In this document: positions 36,862 through 50,180 of the stretch, in pieces
Layout: each line of letters opens with the position of its first letter
Numbering within the stretch: position 1 is the stretch's first letter
Assembly (NCBI GenBank): GCA_951406725.2
Contig: OX597815.1
Location: 152,768,001 to 152,832,000, forward strand
DNA from: Octopus vulgaris
Taxonomy: Eukaryota
Length of the DNA: 64,000 bases
Direction of reading: 5' to 3'
Translations under genes and position numbers: made by a program
Notes under the pieces: generated by a model
Databases searched by the model: none
What the model saw: the letters and a program-made list of their open reading frames with translations, nothing else
What the model was told of the DNA's origin: nothing

Positions 36862-37053
36862 CTAATGTCTAAATTTTGTAGCTAACTTCCAGGCAGCTAA
36901 ACCAGCAGTTAAACCTATTCCAACACCAACAACTTTGTTTGTCCATGAAAATTTTTTCTTTCGTTGTTTATTCTTAAAAAAACTTTCATCTCTGAAAACC
37001 GTATCTTCAAGTGATTTGGGATCCAGGAGAGATGGATCTTCCAAAAACAGAGT
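36862..37053 (-). CDS. MAO-like amine oxidase terminal exon with tail anchor
   Basis: tttcag|; TLFLEDPSLLDPKSLEDTVFRDESFFKNKQRKKKFSWTNKVVGVGIGLTAGLAAWKLATKFRH*; hydrophobic helix flanked by basic residues. Confidence 0.85.
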   Translation of the reverse strand, partial: TLFLEDPSLLDPKSLEDTVFRDESFFKNKQRKKKFSWTNKVVGVGIGLTAGLAAWKLATKFRH

Positions 37054-37330
37054 CTGAAAGGAAGGAAAAGAAATGTGATGAAAAATTTTAACGTTTTCTT
37101 TGTATCCAGTAGAAATATTGATTTCAAATTTTGGCACAAGACCAGCAATTTTGGGGAAGGGATTGAGTTAATTAAATCGACCTCAACGTTCAACTTGTAC
37201 TTATTTTATTGACCCTGAAAGGATGAAAGGTGAAGTCAACCTCGATAGAGTTTGAACTCAGAATGTTAAGGCAGACAAAATGCTGCAAAGCATTTGGCCT
37301 GGCATGTTAATGATTCTGCCAGCTCGCCAC

Positions 37331-37916
37331 TGTAGTGTAGCTCGGTGATATCCTCACTGTTTGAGAGATATATTAGAAGTGATCTCGTGTTAGATAGCAA
37401 TAATCTTTCAGCTGCTTAGGCTCAATTGTGTCTAATTGGTTGGTTTTGGTGCAGTCTTATTTTGCACCAGTGTGTAAACCAATCAATCACGGCCTTCGGA
37501 TAAGGTCCTATGACACAGTCTTTTTAGGTTTTCACTGGAGCCCACCTTCTGTTATAAAAGGTGCCAGCAAATCCCCATTTCTCGTCTTTGGTTCTAGTCC
37601 TTCTCAGGACTAATCTCTGACCACAGAGTGACTCAGCCATGTTCCAGTGGCTCAGCCAGTTCCAGGGAAGACAACATGCAGCAACTAAATCATGCCTTTC
37701 TTCACCGACGCCTTAGCTTATCGTCGTCCTTCAACTTCACGTCGTCTCCATCTCCGTCGCCTTCATCTCCACCAACACCAATACGTACACAGCAACTCAC
37801 TCAGGTTTAACTTGACACGCTGTTGTGTATACGCACCAAGGTGAACAGCTCAGTCAGCCTGTGTAAAGCTTCTGCACCAAGTGACTTGTCACAGTATTGA
37901 AGCCACAACCACTACA
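37331..37916 (+). mobile_element. LTR-like element (586 bp)
   Basis: TG...CA ends with a 7-bp terminal IR tgtagtg/cactaca, TATAAAAG at ~37553, CpG-rich relative to the intron. Confidence 0.6.
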
Positions 37917-38434
37917 TGACATGTGTTCAACCGGCATCTGCACTTGTGATCACCAACCTCCTTAGAATCCAGTAGAAATACTAAGAAAGAAAAATTATAA
38001 ATACAATATTTTAAGAGTTCATCTTGTTTTTTGAAAACTGTTGGCCAAAATATTTCCTTGGTATCTTGGAGGAAAAATTGTAGGGTGGTGAGCAGTTAAC
38101 ACTCTGTCACTAGTCATAAACTAGGACTTTAGCTAAGGTACTTAACTCATACCACATAACTTCAGTCCAACAAGCCATAAACAGATATCAAAAGATATTT
38201 GTTTATGGTTAGTATGAGATTATGATCTAGGTAGTGAGAACACTGTCATATAGAAAGTATTTTGTTAATTTGCAATGTTGAATTCAACTGCTTATGTGGG
38301 TATTGCTAAAAAAGGAATAGGCTTCACCAACCTTATCTGCCCTGAAACATCTACACAAAGAACAAAGAGTCTGTAAATGGTGACTAAATAGGAAAAAAAG
38401 TCAGATCTGGTTTGTCAAATAATTGAAAACTTAC

Positions 38435-38522
38435 CTCTTTTGCTGCTCTTTGTCCAGCTTGTATGGCACCACTCATGTACCCACAACACTGAGTCGCTGT
38501 TTCCGTACCAGCAAACAGCAAT
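38435..38522 (-). CDS. MAO-like amine oxidase exon (C-terminal FAD motif)
   Basis: cttcag|...|gtaagt; [29 protein letters not shown], matching MAO [25 protein letters not shown]. Confidence 0.95.
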
Positions 38523-39725
38523 CTGAAGGAATAGAAACATAATGATTTCTGTTAGTTAGACTGTATAATAGGCAAATGTAAGTTATGGTGCAGGAGCAGC
38601 AAGTTGGTACAAATGGTACAGTGTTGGATTAAATATATCTTACAGCATTCAGTTTCATGTTGTTATATTTTGCATTAAAAAAATCCAGCTGGGGTTGTCA
38701 TTGTTCAGTTTTCAAAGGCCAATAAAATAAGAACCAGTAAGACATTGGGATTCATCAAATTAACTATAAATTGGCTCTGTAACCAGTTTTAAAAAAATCA
38801 ATATGAATATTGTGATGTATTGTGTGTTGTTACTTCATCCTCCAAGTCAACTCTGATTAAACAGACCGATAATAAAAATGTTCCAGCTATGACCAACCTG
38901 TTGTTTATTCAGACATAGGGTATTTACTTGATCCAATGTGTTCTCTTTTTTAAGATAGTAAAGTCTGTTTAGATGGATATTTGACTGTTATTTCTTGCAG
39001 GTTGAAGGCCTGTGTAGAGGTGCTTTAGTAATAAGTAACATGTGTTTACTATAACTGGTAAGTAAATAAGAATATATCACAACTAATAAATATTGCTCAG
39101 TAATCAACAATACATATCTCACTAAATGCATGCCATGGTTCATATTTTTGTGTAAAACTTTTTTGCACAAATAGAGAACTATAGATAGTGTTCAGAAAAC
39201 CTAAGCTCCATAATTCAAATCTTATGGATCTTCTTTACAGTTTGATGCCATGATTAAATAAATAAATAAATTATAATACAAGAGCTAGAGGACACTGGTA
39301 AAAACTAAATTCAACTATAACCTGTAAATTTAAGATAAATTACAAATATGCAACAAGCTGAATTGATAGTTTACTAGTTTGTGTATCATAATCAACAACA
39401 TGTGACTTTGGCAACAACATTTAATTTCCAGCTATTTTATATTTGTAAATAGTTGGGAACATTTTATATTTGACAGTGCTTTGTTATTTTGCAGTGCTGG
39501 AAGAAATAATAAGTTATACCATGCTAACATGAAAGTGAAATATTAATTGAAATTCTAAGAATATCCCATCACATAATATACCTCTGACTGCATGCCCCAG
39601 CCAATATTAATAGGAGTCAAGTACAGCATATAAAATATCCATAATCTCAACTAATAAAGTAAAACAACCTTTAGCTAATTTCTCATTTTATACTAAATTT
39701 ATTTATAGTATGTCAAGATATTTAC

Positions 39726-39910
39726 CGAAGGTAAGGTTTCCGCATATTTGGAAAGTATTTTGTTCCACCAGGAACAATCATACTTGTTGGACTTCCCAAT
39801 ACATAAGGCTCCTGTGCCCAGTCCATACTAGCAACACTTATAAAATCCTTCACTTCAGGACCTAGAAATTTCTCAAGACAGTCTAGAACAGCTTTTACAA
39901 AAATGGGTTC
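39726..39910 (-). CDS. MAO-like amine oxidase exon
   Basis: ttccag|...|gtaaat; EPIFVKAVLDCLEKFLGPEVKDFISVASMDWAQEPYVLGSPTSMIVPGGTKYFPNMRKPYL(R). Confidence 0.92.
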
Positions 39911-40731
39911 CTGGAAAAAAATGAAACAAGGTTATAAATTATATTAATACTGATATAGAAATATTCATCAGAAATGATGATGATGATGATCAAGATCATT
40001 ATCATCCCCATTTAACGTCTGTTTCCCATGCTGGCATGGGTTAGATAGTTTGATAGGATCCAACAAACTACAGAGTTACCTCAGCTCCTAATGTCAGTTT
40101 AGACATGATTTCTAAGGCTGGATACCCCTTTTAATACCAACCACTTGACAATGTAGGTGCTTTTTCCATAATGCCAGCACTCATGAGGTTACCATGTTAT
40201 TTGCAAGACAAAGTAAAGAAACGAAAAGGAAAAGGTTCCCTGCATCTGAGAGGAAGTGTACTTAAAAGGGAGGTGGGGTAGATTTATGCCAGGTGTTGAA
40301 GACTAAAGAATGAATGATAGAAAGATAAGCACAGGTGTCATTAAAGGAGATACATGGCTACCCTGCATTATGAGAGGGTGAGTAAGAATAGCTGGAAAGA
40401 AGTGCCAGAGCACACTCTCAGGGTACAAGAAGGTGAGTATGGAATAGAATATAGACTGGATCAGGAGGGCAGGAAAATGTGGGTAATCCCATAAGAATGT
40501 GAGAAGAGAGTGACAGATAGCTAAAGATGGGGCTAGAGATGGAAGTAGTGAGAGAAGAAAAAGGGATGGAGGTATCGCTGATGGTGTGCCCTATATTTTT
40601 CTACACACACACATACACACACACACAGATAGCTGATGATACTGTACTGTGTAAGTAATAGATTACAGATAAAATTTTGCAAATATTCAAGCAGACAACT
40701 ACTAACATAGAAAATTACATTGTGTCCTTAC

Positions 40732-40884
40732 TTCAACTTGACGCCATTGAACCATCTGGTCTCCACCAACAAAAGCCAGAAGAGCAGGAATTGGCGGTGA
40801 TAAACTGGAACAATCATACACAATACACACGGGGCCCACACTTGTAACTATTTCACCAGAGAATTTCTTTTTTCTCCAAAATGC
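40732..40884 (-). CDS. MAO-like amine oxidase exon
   Basis: ttgcag|...|gtaagg; AFWRKKKFSGEIVTSVGPVCIVYDCSSLSPPIPALLAFVGGDQMVQWRQVE. Confidence 0.93.
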
Positions 40885-41123
40885 CTGCAAGGAGAATAAA
40901 CAATGGAAAAAATTATATCAGATTTCTTCAGTGAATTGAACAAATAATGGTTGGATGTGTATGAGAGTATATGTGTAATGTGCACGTGTATGTGTTTGTA
41001 ATGTAGATGTGTATGAATGTGTGTGTGTGAGACAGAAAGACAGAAGAAGTGGGTAGAGTAAGAGCTCAGTCAAGTAAAGAAAGTCAGCAATGAAAGCTAG
41101 AAGTACATACATAGTACATAGAA

Positions 41124-41436
41124 TCATCATCATCATCATCATCGTTTAACGTCCGCTTTCCATGCTAGCATGGGTTGGACGGTTCAACTGGGGTCTGGCA
41201 AGCCCGAAGGCTGCACCAGGCCAGTCAGATCTGGCAGTGTTTCTACAGCTGGATGCCCTTCCTAACGCCAACCACTCCAAGAGTGTAGTGGGTGATTTTA
41301 TGTGCCACCGACACAGGTGCCAGACGAGGCTGGTAGACGGCCACGCTCGGATGGTGTTTTTTATGTGCCACCGACACAGGTGCCAGACGAGGCTGGCAGA
41401 CGGCCATGCTCGGATGGTGTTTATGTGCCACCGACA
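41124..41436 (-). mobile_element. Young RTE 3'-tail copy with 62-bp UTR repeats
   Basis: Nearly identical to 60755-61060; (CAT)n tail on the left. Confidence 0.8.
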
Positions 41437-42487
41437 GAATAAAAGACAAAAAAAAAAACCAAGAAAGTAAAGAGTAAAAGAGTCATAAAGCGGAAAGAAT
41501 GCTTAAGTATATCTGGAGTAGTGTTGGAAAATTTTGGAAAGCATAGAAATTTTTGAAGGATGTAGTATCCTGACTGCTAATAACTGATATGGGTGGTTTA
41601 TTGCCTGCTTTGAAAATTCTGATCATTTGGAAAATGGTTCCAAAAATCAAAGGTGCTGTGCTGTTTTTGAATGTATAAGCGCGTAGTAATAATAATTGTA
41701 ATGATAATTTCTAACATAAATACAAAATCATGAAGTTTTGAGGAGTGGTTAGTTGATTTGTTTTACTGACTCAAGAAGGATTAAAGATGGGATTTGAACA
41801 CTACAAGATTTGAACTCAGGATATACCACTACAAATACCACATGGTCGTTTGTCTAACAATTTTTCTAACCCACTGCCCTTACTGGTCATGAAATAGTAA
41901 TTAAAGTTATTGTTGTAATTTTTAGTTCTTCTGGTATCATGATATTAGAATTAGAAACTCTTACAAGTGGAGATACTATTTGAACAGTAATTAGCTTATT
42001 AGTCAATCAAAGTAATTCACCCACTGATGGGTAATGTCAAAATACTAAAGCTGATCAGTGTACATTTATGAGTGAAAAAAGGTTTTGATTGTCAGTTTAT
42101 CAAAATATTTAGTGAACCTAAGATTTAAAATTTGCTAAAATATTTAGCACAACACACCTTTGATGCAAGTCTGATGAAATGCCTCTCTAATGTCTAAAAC
42201 TGCAAACATTACATGAATTTTCATTTAGAATTTTTGCATAAACCGGTGTTGCAAATAGAGATAGTACAGAAACAAATTGTAACTTATCGTTAATGATGTG
42301 TTAAATATTTTTTTTTGTTTTCTTCTTCTTTTCATTGTAAATATATATATATATGTGTATTTACATATATGTGCATGCATGCATGAATGTATGTATGTAT
42401 GTTGATGCTCATCACACACCTACTCACATAAATACATAAATTAATTTATTGCAGACAAGTGTGATGTCATTTGATAGAAATACCAAC

Positions 42488-42588
42488 CTCTTTATATGTG
42501 AATATCACCTTAGTTAAATTACCAGGTTGCATATATTTAATAAGTTCTCGTTTTTCTGAAGGCAAATTAGGTATAAAATTGATAAAGC
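42488..42588 (-). CDS. MAO-like amine oxidase exon
   Basis: ttgcag|...|gttggt; GFINFIPNLPSEKRELIKYMQPGNLTKVIFTYKE; conserved active-site Lys of G.x.x.K. Confidence 0.92.
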
Positions 42589-44065
42589 CTGCAAGGTGAA
42601 AAAAAAAAAAAAAAAAGAAGAGTAATTAATTAATCGAAAATATTTTCTCTTTTCCTTTAAGGATATTTTATTTACATTTATTTTCAAATCTTTCTTTCTA
42701 GGAAAACAATGATTTAGAAACTTCAAGAGACTTGAAAAAATTCATTTTTAACTATGGAACTCAAAGTAGAAAAGTTATAGATAATAGCATATTCTTTCTA
42801 TCTTCCTCTTTTTCCTTTTTTTCTTTTTTAATTCATGCTTGTATTTTCCTTGGTTTTGAATTTGTATTTTAATGTTGTTTTATATTACCTATGTATCATA
42901 TGTATACATGTTATATATGCAATTATTAAATTATCTAAATTATATCAGATTATTATTTTCAGTAAAGACTATCTGAATAACCAAAAAGTTTTTAAATTCA
43001 ATATTTACATGCTATTATTTGTTGCTATTATCTACAAATAATAAAAAAAATTTCTTAATTCTTTAGCATTCAGATTACTCTGTCAAATGTAATGCTTATT
43101 TATTCACATTGTTTTGAATTAATCCTGCATTATCTCATAACTTTGAGAATTTGATGATGTCATTGTAGGATAGGAGTGAGAGACTGGATCTTGATGGTTT
43201 GAACATAAAACAGGAGGAGTATTTGGGCCAGATATGACTGGTTTCAATACTAAAGGGTTAATGATTTCTGTGTTGTCAATATAGTTTAGATCACTATTTT
43301 CCAATCTATTTTTTGTTGGATTATAGACTCTATACATTGTTTTCATGACAAATCCTCCCACCAAGATTATGTCATACAATCATTTTTAATCATAGTAGCT
43401 TTAATGAAAGTGTGTGGCCTAGTGGTTAGAGTGTTGAATTCATGATCTTTAGGTTGTAGGTTCAATTCTCAGATTGAGAAACAGGTTGTGTTCTTGAGCA
43501 AGACATTTCATTTCACATTACTTCAGTACACTCCGGCAAAAATAAGTATACATGACCTGATTGAGAACCACTGCTATAAAGCATTCCCCTCTTTCCTCAA
43601 TATTTCACTAATGAATTGTGAAAAAGGGAGGGAAGTTTGTTGTAGAAATATCAGTTCCAAGAAAAATAATTTAGCATGACAAAATGGAGAATACTATGAT
43701 ATTATACCAAAAAGAAGTTGATCCTGTAATGGATTGGCATCCTGTTCAGAGTGAGAGAATCTACACTCTTAGCCTAAAACATCTTGAAAATCTGGATAAT
43801 CTTCAACCTCACATGTAGGCTTGAGGTAGACTTTGGTTTTGACTATTTTAAACTCATTTTCTCATGTTTGGTGCCTCTCTCAATGAACACATACATTCCC
43901 ATCCACTGAGTGCTTAGACATAACACACAAATCTTTGATGTCCAGAAAAATAGATGTATAGAATACTAATTCATATATTCTCAGGTGAATTTTTTATTAG
44001 GTCAGAAGAAATGCCACTAAGCATTTTCCCCTACATGATAACGATTCTGCCAGATCACCACCTTT

Positions 44066-44122
<57 letters not shown>

Positions 44123-44335
44123 CCTTTCTACTAAAGGCACAAGGCCTGAAATTTTGTGGGAGGCAACTAGTCAGTTACATCGACCCCAGTGCTTGACTGG
44201 TACTTAATTTATCGACCCTAGAAGGATGAAAGGCAAAGTCAACCTTGGTGGAATTTGAACTTAGAATGTAAAAATGGCTGAAATGCTGCTAAGCATTTTT
44301 TCCAGCGTGTTAACAATTTTGCCAGTTCACCACCT

Positions 44336-44382
<47 letters not shown>

Positions 44383-44781
44383 ATAATAATAATAATTCTT
44401 TCTAATTTTGGCACAAGACAAACAATTTTGAGGGGAGGAGGAAGTCATTACACCTTACACAAAGTATTTTGTTCAGCATAGTAATAATTCTGCTAGTTAA
44501 CCATCTTAATAATAAAAATGACTTCAAATTTTGGCACAAGGCCAGCAATTTTGGGGAAGGTGGAAAGTCAGTTATATGGACCCCAGTGCTCCACTGGTAT
44601 TTATTTTATTGACTTCGAATACATCAACCCCAATGCTCAACTGGTACTTATTTTATTGACCCTAAAAGTATGAAAGTCAAAGTGAACCTTGGCAGCATTT
44701 GAACTCAGAACATAAAGTTAGAAGAAATGCCACCAAGCATTTTGTCTGGCATGGTAATGAACCTATCAGCTTACCATCTTA

Positions 44782-44860
<79 letters not shown>

Positions 44861-45060
44861 GTTTCAAATTTTGGAACAACACCTGCAATTTTAGGGGAAG
44901 GGGTAAGTTGATTACATTGACTCCAGTCCTGAACTGGTACTAGTTTTTATATATATATATTGAAAGGATGAAAGGTAAAAATGACCAAGGCAGCATTTGA
45001 AATGCTGCTAAGCACTGTTTGGCACAGTAATGAATTTACCAGCTCACCATCTTAAATAAT
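44066..45060 (-). repeat. Cluster of head-to-tail SINE A copies separated by long (TAA)n/(TAC)n microsatellites
   Basis: Repeated gactggtacttaatttatcgaccc...gaaaggcaaagtcaacc; TAA tracts at 44067-44122 and 44783-44860. Confidence 0.8.
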
Positions 45061-45874
45061 AATGAGCTTATTGTATATAGTGCTCAGGTATATTACAACG
45101 CTTTGGAAAAGTTTAAAAGTAGGGACAGACAGTAGGCAGGTAAGTCATGTAAAGAAAGACAACAATGAAAGCTAGAAGCACATTTACAGTACACAAAATA
45201 GAAAACAAATCTAAACAAAAATGAACATTAAAAGTGCGATAAAGAATAAAAGTGCATAAGTATGTCAGGAGTCATGTTGATGGAACATTACTGTATTCCA
45301 TTTGTTTAGAATGTTTTCACTAACAATGTGGCATTTCAATTGTCATTAAATTGATATGGAATCTGTCTTGGGTCTATCCTGCACTAAATCTGTTATAATT
45401 CTTCCAACTATCTTCCTTGTTAGGTTAATAGGGTATGGGCTATGGTAGAAGACACTTGCTCTCAGAGTCATGCAGCAAGACTAAACCCATGGTTGAAAAG
45501 CAAACTTATTAACCATACTGTCATACCTGTGCCTAGATATTTCTATATATTACTTCCCTATATATTTAACCTGTTTCAAGTGTACTGGCTCATGAGGCTG
45601 GAACTTATCTGGATTTCAAAGATGTTTAGATTGTGAGTACAAGATTCCACTTAGGACAGAATGCTAATCTGTTGCAGGAGTAACTTCCAGGTGCCACTGA
45701 TACTCATTGATAGCTGAGTATTATGTACCATTTCCACCATTATTTATCCTAACAGTCCTGATTTGATCTGCAGTCTTAGTTGGTTGGTAATGAGATTATC
45801 TCTTATGGTCAGAACCAAGAGAAAGAAAACAAATAAAACATGAAGAAGTATGAATAAAAATAATAATAACTCAC

Positions 45875-45980
45875 CCAGCATATGAGGAGGAATTGCTAAT
45901 ATACAGTATTTGCATTTATAGACTACTTCTTTATTGTCACTGTCCTTCTTTTCAGCATAGACGATGACTTGATCATTATT
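45875..45980 (-). CDS. MAO-like amine oxidase exon
   Basis: ttccag|...|gtgagt; NNDQVIVYAEKKDSDNKEVVYKCKYCILAIPPHML (cf. MAO YEAKYVISAIPP). Confidence 0.92.
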
Positions 45981-47139
45981 CTGGAAAAGATAGATGTTAG
46001 GGTGATCAAAAGGAAATACTTCCTTTTTTGTCATCATCGTCATCATCAACCTCATTCATCATCATTATTTAATCTCTGTTTTCCATACTGGCCCAGGCTG
46101 GATAGCTTAACAGGATCTGACAAGCTGGTGGTGTGTGATGTACTCCAATGTTTGCTCTGGCATGATTTCTACAGCTAGTTGCAGAGTAAAGTAATCAGCA
46201 TTAGGAAAGATTTCTAGAATGCTGAGTAACTTTTTAAAAGTACCAGTACTAGCAAAGTCAACTGAGCAGGGCTACAGAAATCTATAAAAATACAAGTTCA
46301 GAGGCAGGATTTCTGTTGAACATAAACTTTCTTAGGTTTTATTTCAAAACCAGAGCCAAACAACTAAAAGACATTTTACCATCATTTGAACACAGATTGT
46401 TTGAACATAGATCCTAACTAAAAGTAAACTTATACAAGACCAAAATGAACTTCTCTAATTCATATTTTCTTTCACTACTATTTCCAGAGAAAATATTCTC
46501 AACCTTCCTAACTAACACTCAGAACTAAATTGTTTTGGAATTGTCTTCATATCCATGCTTTTTCTCTTCTCTCTTCGGTAAATATAAACAATCTGTTTGT
46601 TTTCAAATGACTTTTCATGACCAGGAGTGTCCATCAATGAGTAACATAAAGGTAAGTGCAGTGGGACATAACTTTTTTCAGGCAAAATCCCTGACAATAA
46701 TCAATCTTACTGGTCTCATGCATGTGTATGTGTGCATGAGTAAAAACCATGGGGCTTCCTCCAGATGAAACTATTAAAAAATCCTAACCTTTCTTCAAAT
46801 TCTGTGTTTTTTTTTGGGCTAATAGCCAATGAAATACTCATCAATTTTGCCACTGCTTACTACAATGAACTAATCCATTCTGTGGTAACCACTTATAGCT
46901 GCATAGACAATGGCAACTCATAGGTATCTTATCTCTGGATACAACACACCAATGATAACAGAGTATGGACTGTTGAGATCTTGACTGACTGTTTGATATC
47001 TTCTAAATCAGTCATTCACAACTTCTAGCCACAATTGAATTAAACTGATCATTGACTGTAGAAACCTTACTAAGTCACTTTAGAAGAGAGTAAAGAAGAT
47101 GAAAGGAATTGTTCCTTCTCTTAATGCAAGTGGTGTAGA

Positions 47140-47810
47140 GTGAAGGTTTAGTGGTTAGAACATTGGGCTCACAATCATGAGGTAGTGAGTTTGATTCTTG
47201 GACTGGGCTGCGTGTTGTGTTCTTAGGCAAGATGTTTTATTTCCTGTTGCTCCAGTTCATTCAGCTGTAGAAACAAGTTGCGATGTCACTGGTGCCAAGC
47301 TGTATTGGCCGTTGCCTTTCCCTTGGATAACATCGGTGGTATGGAGGCGGGGATGCTTGTATGCATGGGCGACTGCTAGTCTTCCATATACAACCTTGCC
47401 CGGACTTGTACCTCAGAGAATAACCTAAGTGCAATCTCATATTTATTCATAACTGAAAGGGGTCTTTACTTGGTATCATAGTGTGAAGGCATGTGGTTTA
47501 GTGGTTAGGGTAATTTGCTCATGATTGTAAGGTCGTGAGATCAATTTCTGGTGGTAGATTGTGTCCTTGAGCAAGACACGTTATTTCATGTTGCTCCAGT
47601 CCACTCAGCTGGCAAAAATGAGTTGTATCTGTATTTCAAAGGGCCAGCCTTCTTACACTCTGTGTCACACTGAATCTGGCCGAGAACTACATCAAGGGTA
47701 TGTGTGTCTGTGAAGTACTCAGCCACTTGCAAGTTAATTTCACAAGCAGGCTGTTCCATTGATTGGATCAACTGGAACCCTTGTCATCAACAGTGATGGA
47801 ATTCCAGTGA
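47140..47810 (+). mobile_element. Two tandem tRNA-derived SINEs (third family)
   Basis: tttagtggttag A-box, gagtttgattc or gagatcaattt B-box, tgtgttcttaggcaag core. Confidence 0.6.
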
Positions 47811-48310
47811 CAGAGTTGTAGTAAACTACTGCTAGCCTGAGCCATTCCACTTCAGTTATATACCATATTTATATTTTCTGGGAGTTTCTAGATGAGGACA
47901 GAGATGAACAAAAGATGATTTGTCTTGGATGCACAACATATATATATATCATCATCATCATCATCATCGTTTAACGTTTGCTTTCTATGCTAGCATGGGT
48001 TGGACAGTTCGACCAGGGTCTGGGAAGCCAGGAGGCTGCACCAGGCTCCAGTTTGATCTGGCAGTGTTTATACAGCTGGATGCCCTTCCTGATGCCAACC
48101 ACTCTGTGAGTGTAGTGGGTGCTTTTCATGTGCCACCGGCACAGGTGCCAGGGGAGGCTGGCAGCAGCCACGATCAGTTGGTGCTTTTTACATGCCACCA
48201 GCACAGAAGCCAGTCAAGGCAGTGCTGGCATCGGCCACATTCGGAGGGTGCTTTTTACATGCCACCAGCATACATATATATATATATAGATATATAAATT
48301 GTATGTTCAA

Positions 48311-48391
48311 GGCTCTGATGAAGCTGCAAGGTGTTACTGAGGCACTCAACTGTTAGTCCACCACATCTTATAGTAGAAACAGCTGTAAGCT
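48311..48391 (+). ncRNA. Candidate minimal type-I hammerhead ribozyme (Penelope-like)
   Basis: ggct-CTGATGA-[stem II gctgcaaggtg/catcttatagt]-GAAAC-agct-GTA-agct. Confidence 0.5.
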
Positions 48392-49185
48392 AATGAAGTT
48401 CATAAGATAATTGTTTATTCCTTTCTCATCTCGTTTTCTTTATATATGTATCTTGAGGGAGAAAGAGAGAGAGAGAGAGAGAGAATGTATTTGGTGGCAA
48501 TCCAACAATACGTTTTTTCCTTTTAATTTTTTTTTTTTTTTTAGTAGTTTGACCTAGAAGAAGACATTCATGGCCTCTGAGACCAGTGAGTCTGGTGCAA
48601 ATAACATTTTTAAAAAATAGTTGCAGTCAATGGCAGTAGGGAAGAAATTGTGGACAGTGAATCTAATAAACATTTTGTTTAACTTACTAGAATTTATAAG
48701 AAGAAAAAGACATTTCGTTTATAATTTATGAGTAGATATTTTATTTTGAGGCTGAAGGAAGTCAAGCAAGTATTTAAGAGTGATGACAAATCTAACAGAT
48801 ATGTTTTGAAGCATGTGTTTGAGTTTGTTACAGGATTATATCATCCTGACTACAGGATGATATACGTGCTGTTGAAGAAAGTCATTGATACATCTTAGTG
48901 TTTATGAATGGTTCTGTTTATGGATGGTTGTGTTTATAGTTATGGCTGGTTGTCTTTACGGTTGGTTGTGTTTATGGCTAGTTGTGTTTATGTCTTTATT
49001 TTTTGGATGATTGGAAAGTTATTGATATGTCTTGGTGTCTAAGGACAGTGTACATGTAAGGCTACAAACATAATTCTGTATGAGTTGACATATAGAATTA
49101 TATGTAACGCAAAAGTAATTTTCCTTAAGCCTCATACCAACTAAACACTTGCTCTTTATTTTCAAGAGCTAGTGCTTGGCTCCAT

Positions 49186-49416
49186 AAGGCAGTGAGCTGG
49201 CAGAAACGTTAACACGCCGGGCGAAATACTTAAAGGTATTTCGTCTGCCGTTACGTTCTGAGTTCAAATTCCGCCGAGGTCGACTTTGTTTTTCATCCTT
49301 TTGGGGTCGATTAAATAAGTACCAGTTACACAGTGGGGTTGATGTAATCGATTTAATCCGTTTGTCTGTCCTTGTTTGTCCTCTCTGTGTTTAGCTCCTT
49401 GTGGGTAGTAAAGAAA
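49186..49416 (+). mobile_element. Young SINE A with TSD
   Basis: CpG-intact copy flanked by tagtgcttggctcca / tagtacttggctcca. Confidence 0.85.
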
Positions 49417-49799
49417 TAGTACTTGGCTCCAACATCAAGAGGATAGGAGATAACTCTCTTCATGCAGAGGAGATTGAAATATCACATGAAACAGTCCCAG
49501 ATGATATATGGTACCTATTCCATCAGACAAAGATTTGAACTCATGACATATGTACAGAGAATTCAATATTTTACCTACTGGGTTATTTTAAAGTTTTACA
49601 TAGCTACATGAACTAGAAGAGACAGAAGCTATGAACTGTGAACCCTAACACTAAAATGAAATTATAACTGATAAACAGCAACAACAGATAACAATAGGTT
49701 ACAAACAATAGTAATAGCACTGATGACATTGATGAATTGATGATATTGAAATAGTAATTATAATAGTAAGACACAATAGTGAAGATGAAGGTAACAAAC

Positions 49800-49895
49800 C
49801 TGTTCAATTTTGGTTACAGCACATTTCAATTCAAGCACATTGTTGTCGTTCTTGATATTTTCCACAAGTTTATTAATCAATGCTCCAGTTCCACC
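49800..49895 (-). CDS. MAO-like amine oxidase exon
   Basis: ctttag|...|gtttgt; GGTGALINKLVENIKNDNNVLELKCAVTKIEQ (GG...L...V..I.Q motif). Confidence 0.9.
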
Positions 49896-50128
49896 CTAAA
49901 GTAAAAAGAAAGACCGTCAGCATTATAACTCCCAAAGTACGGACAAAACTTCCCTGAATAAATGCTAGTTAAAGAAGCTGGTTTTGCAAACACATGGTTT
50001 TGGTTATAGTCCTTCTGAGTGACATCTTGGACAGGTGTCTTCTATAGTTTTGGTCTAACCAGTACCTTGTGAGTAAATTGGTACATGGAAACTGTGTGGA
50101 AGCCTGATGTATGTGTGTATACCTATCT

Positions 50129-50177
<49 letters not shown>

Positions 50178-50180
<3 letters not shown>

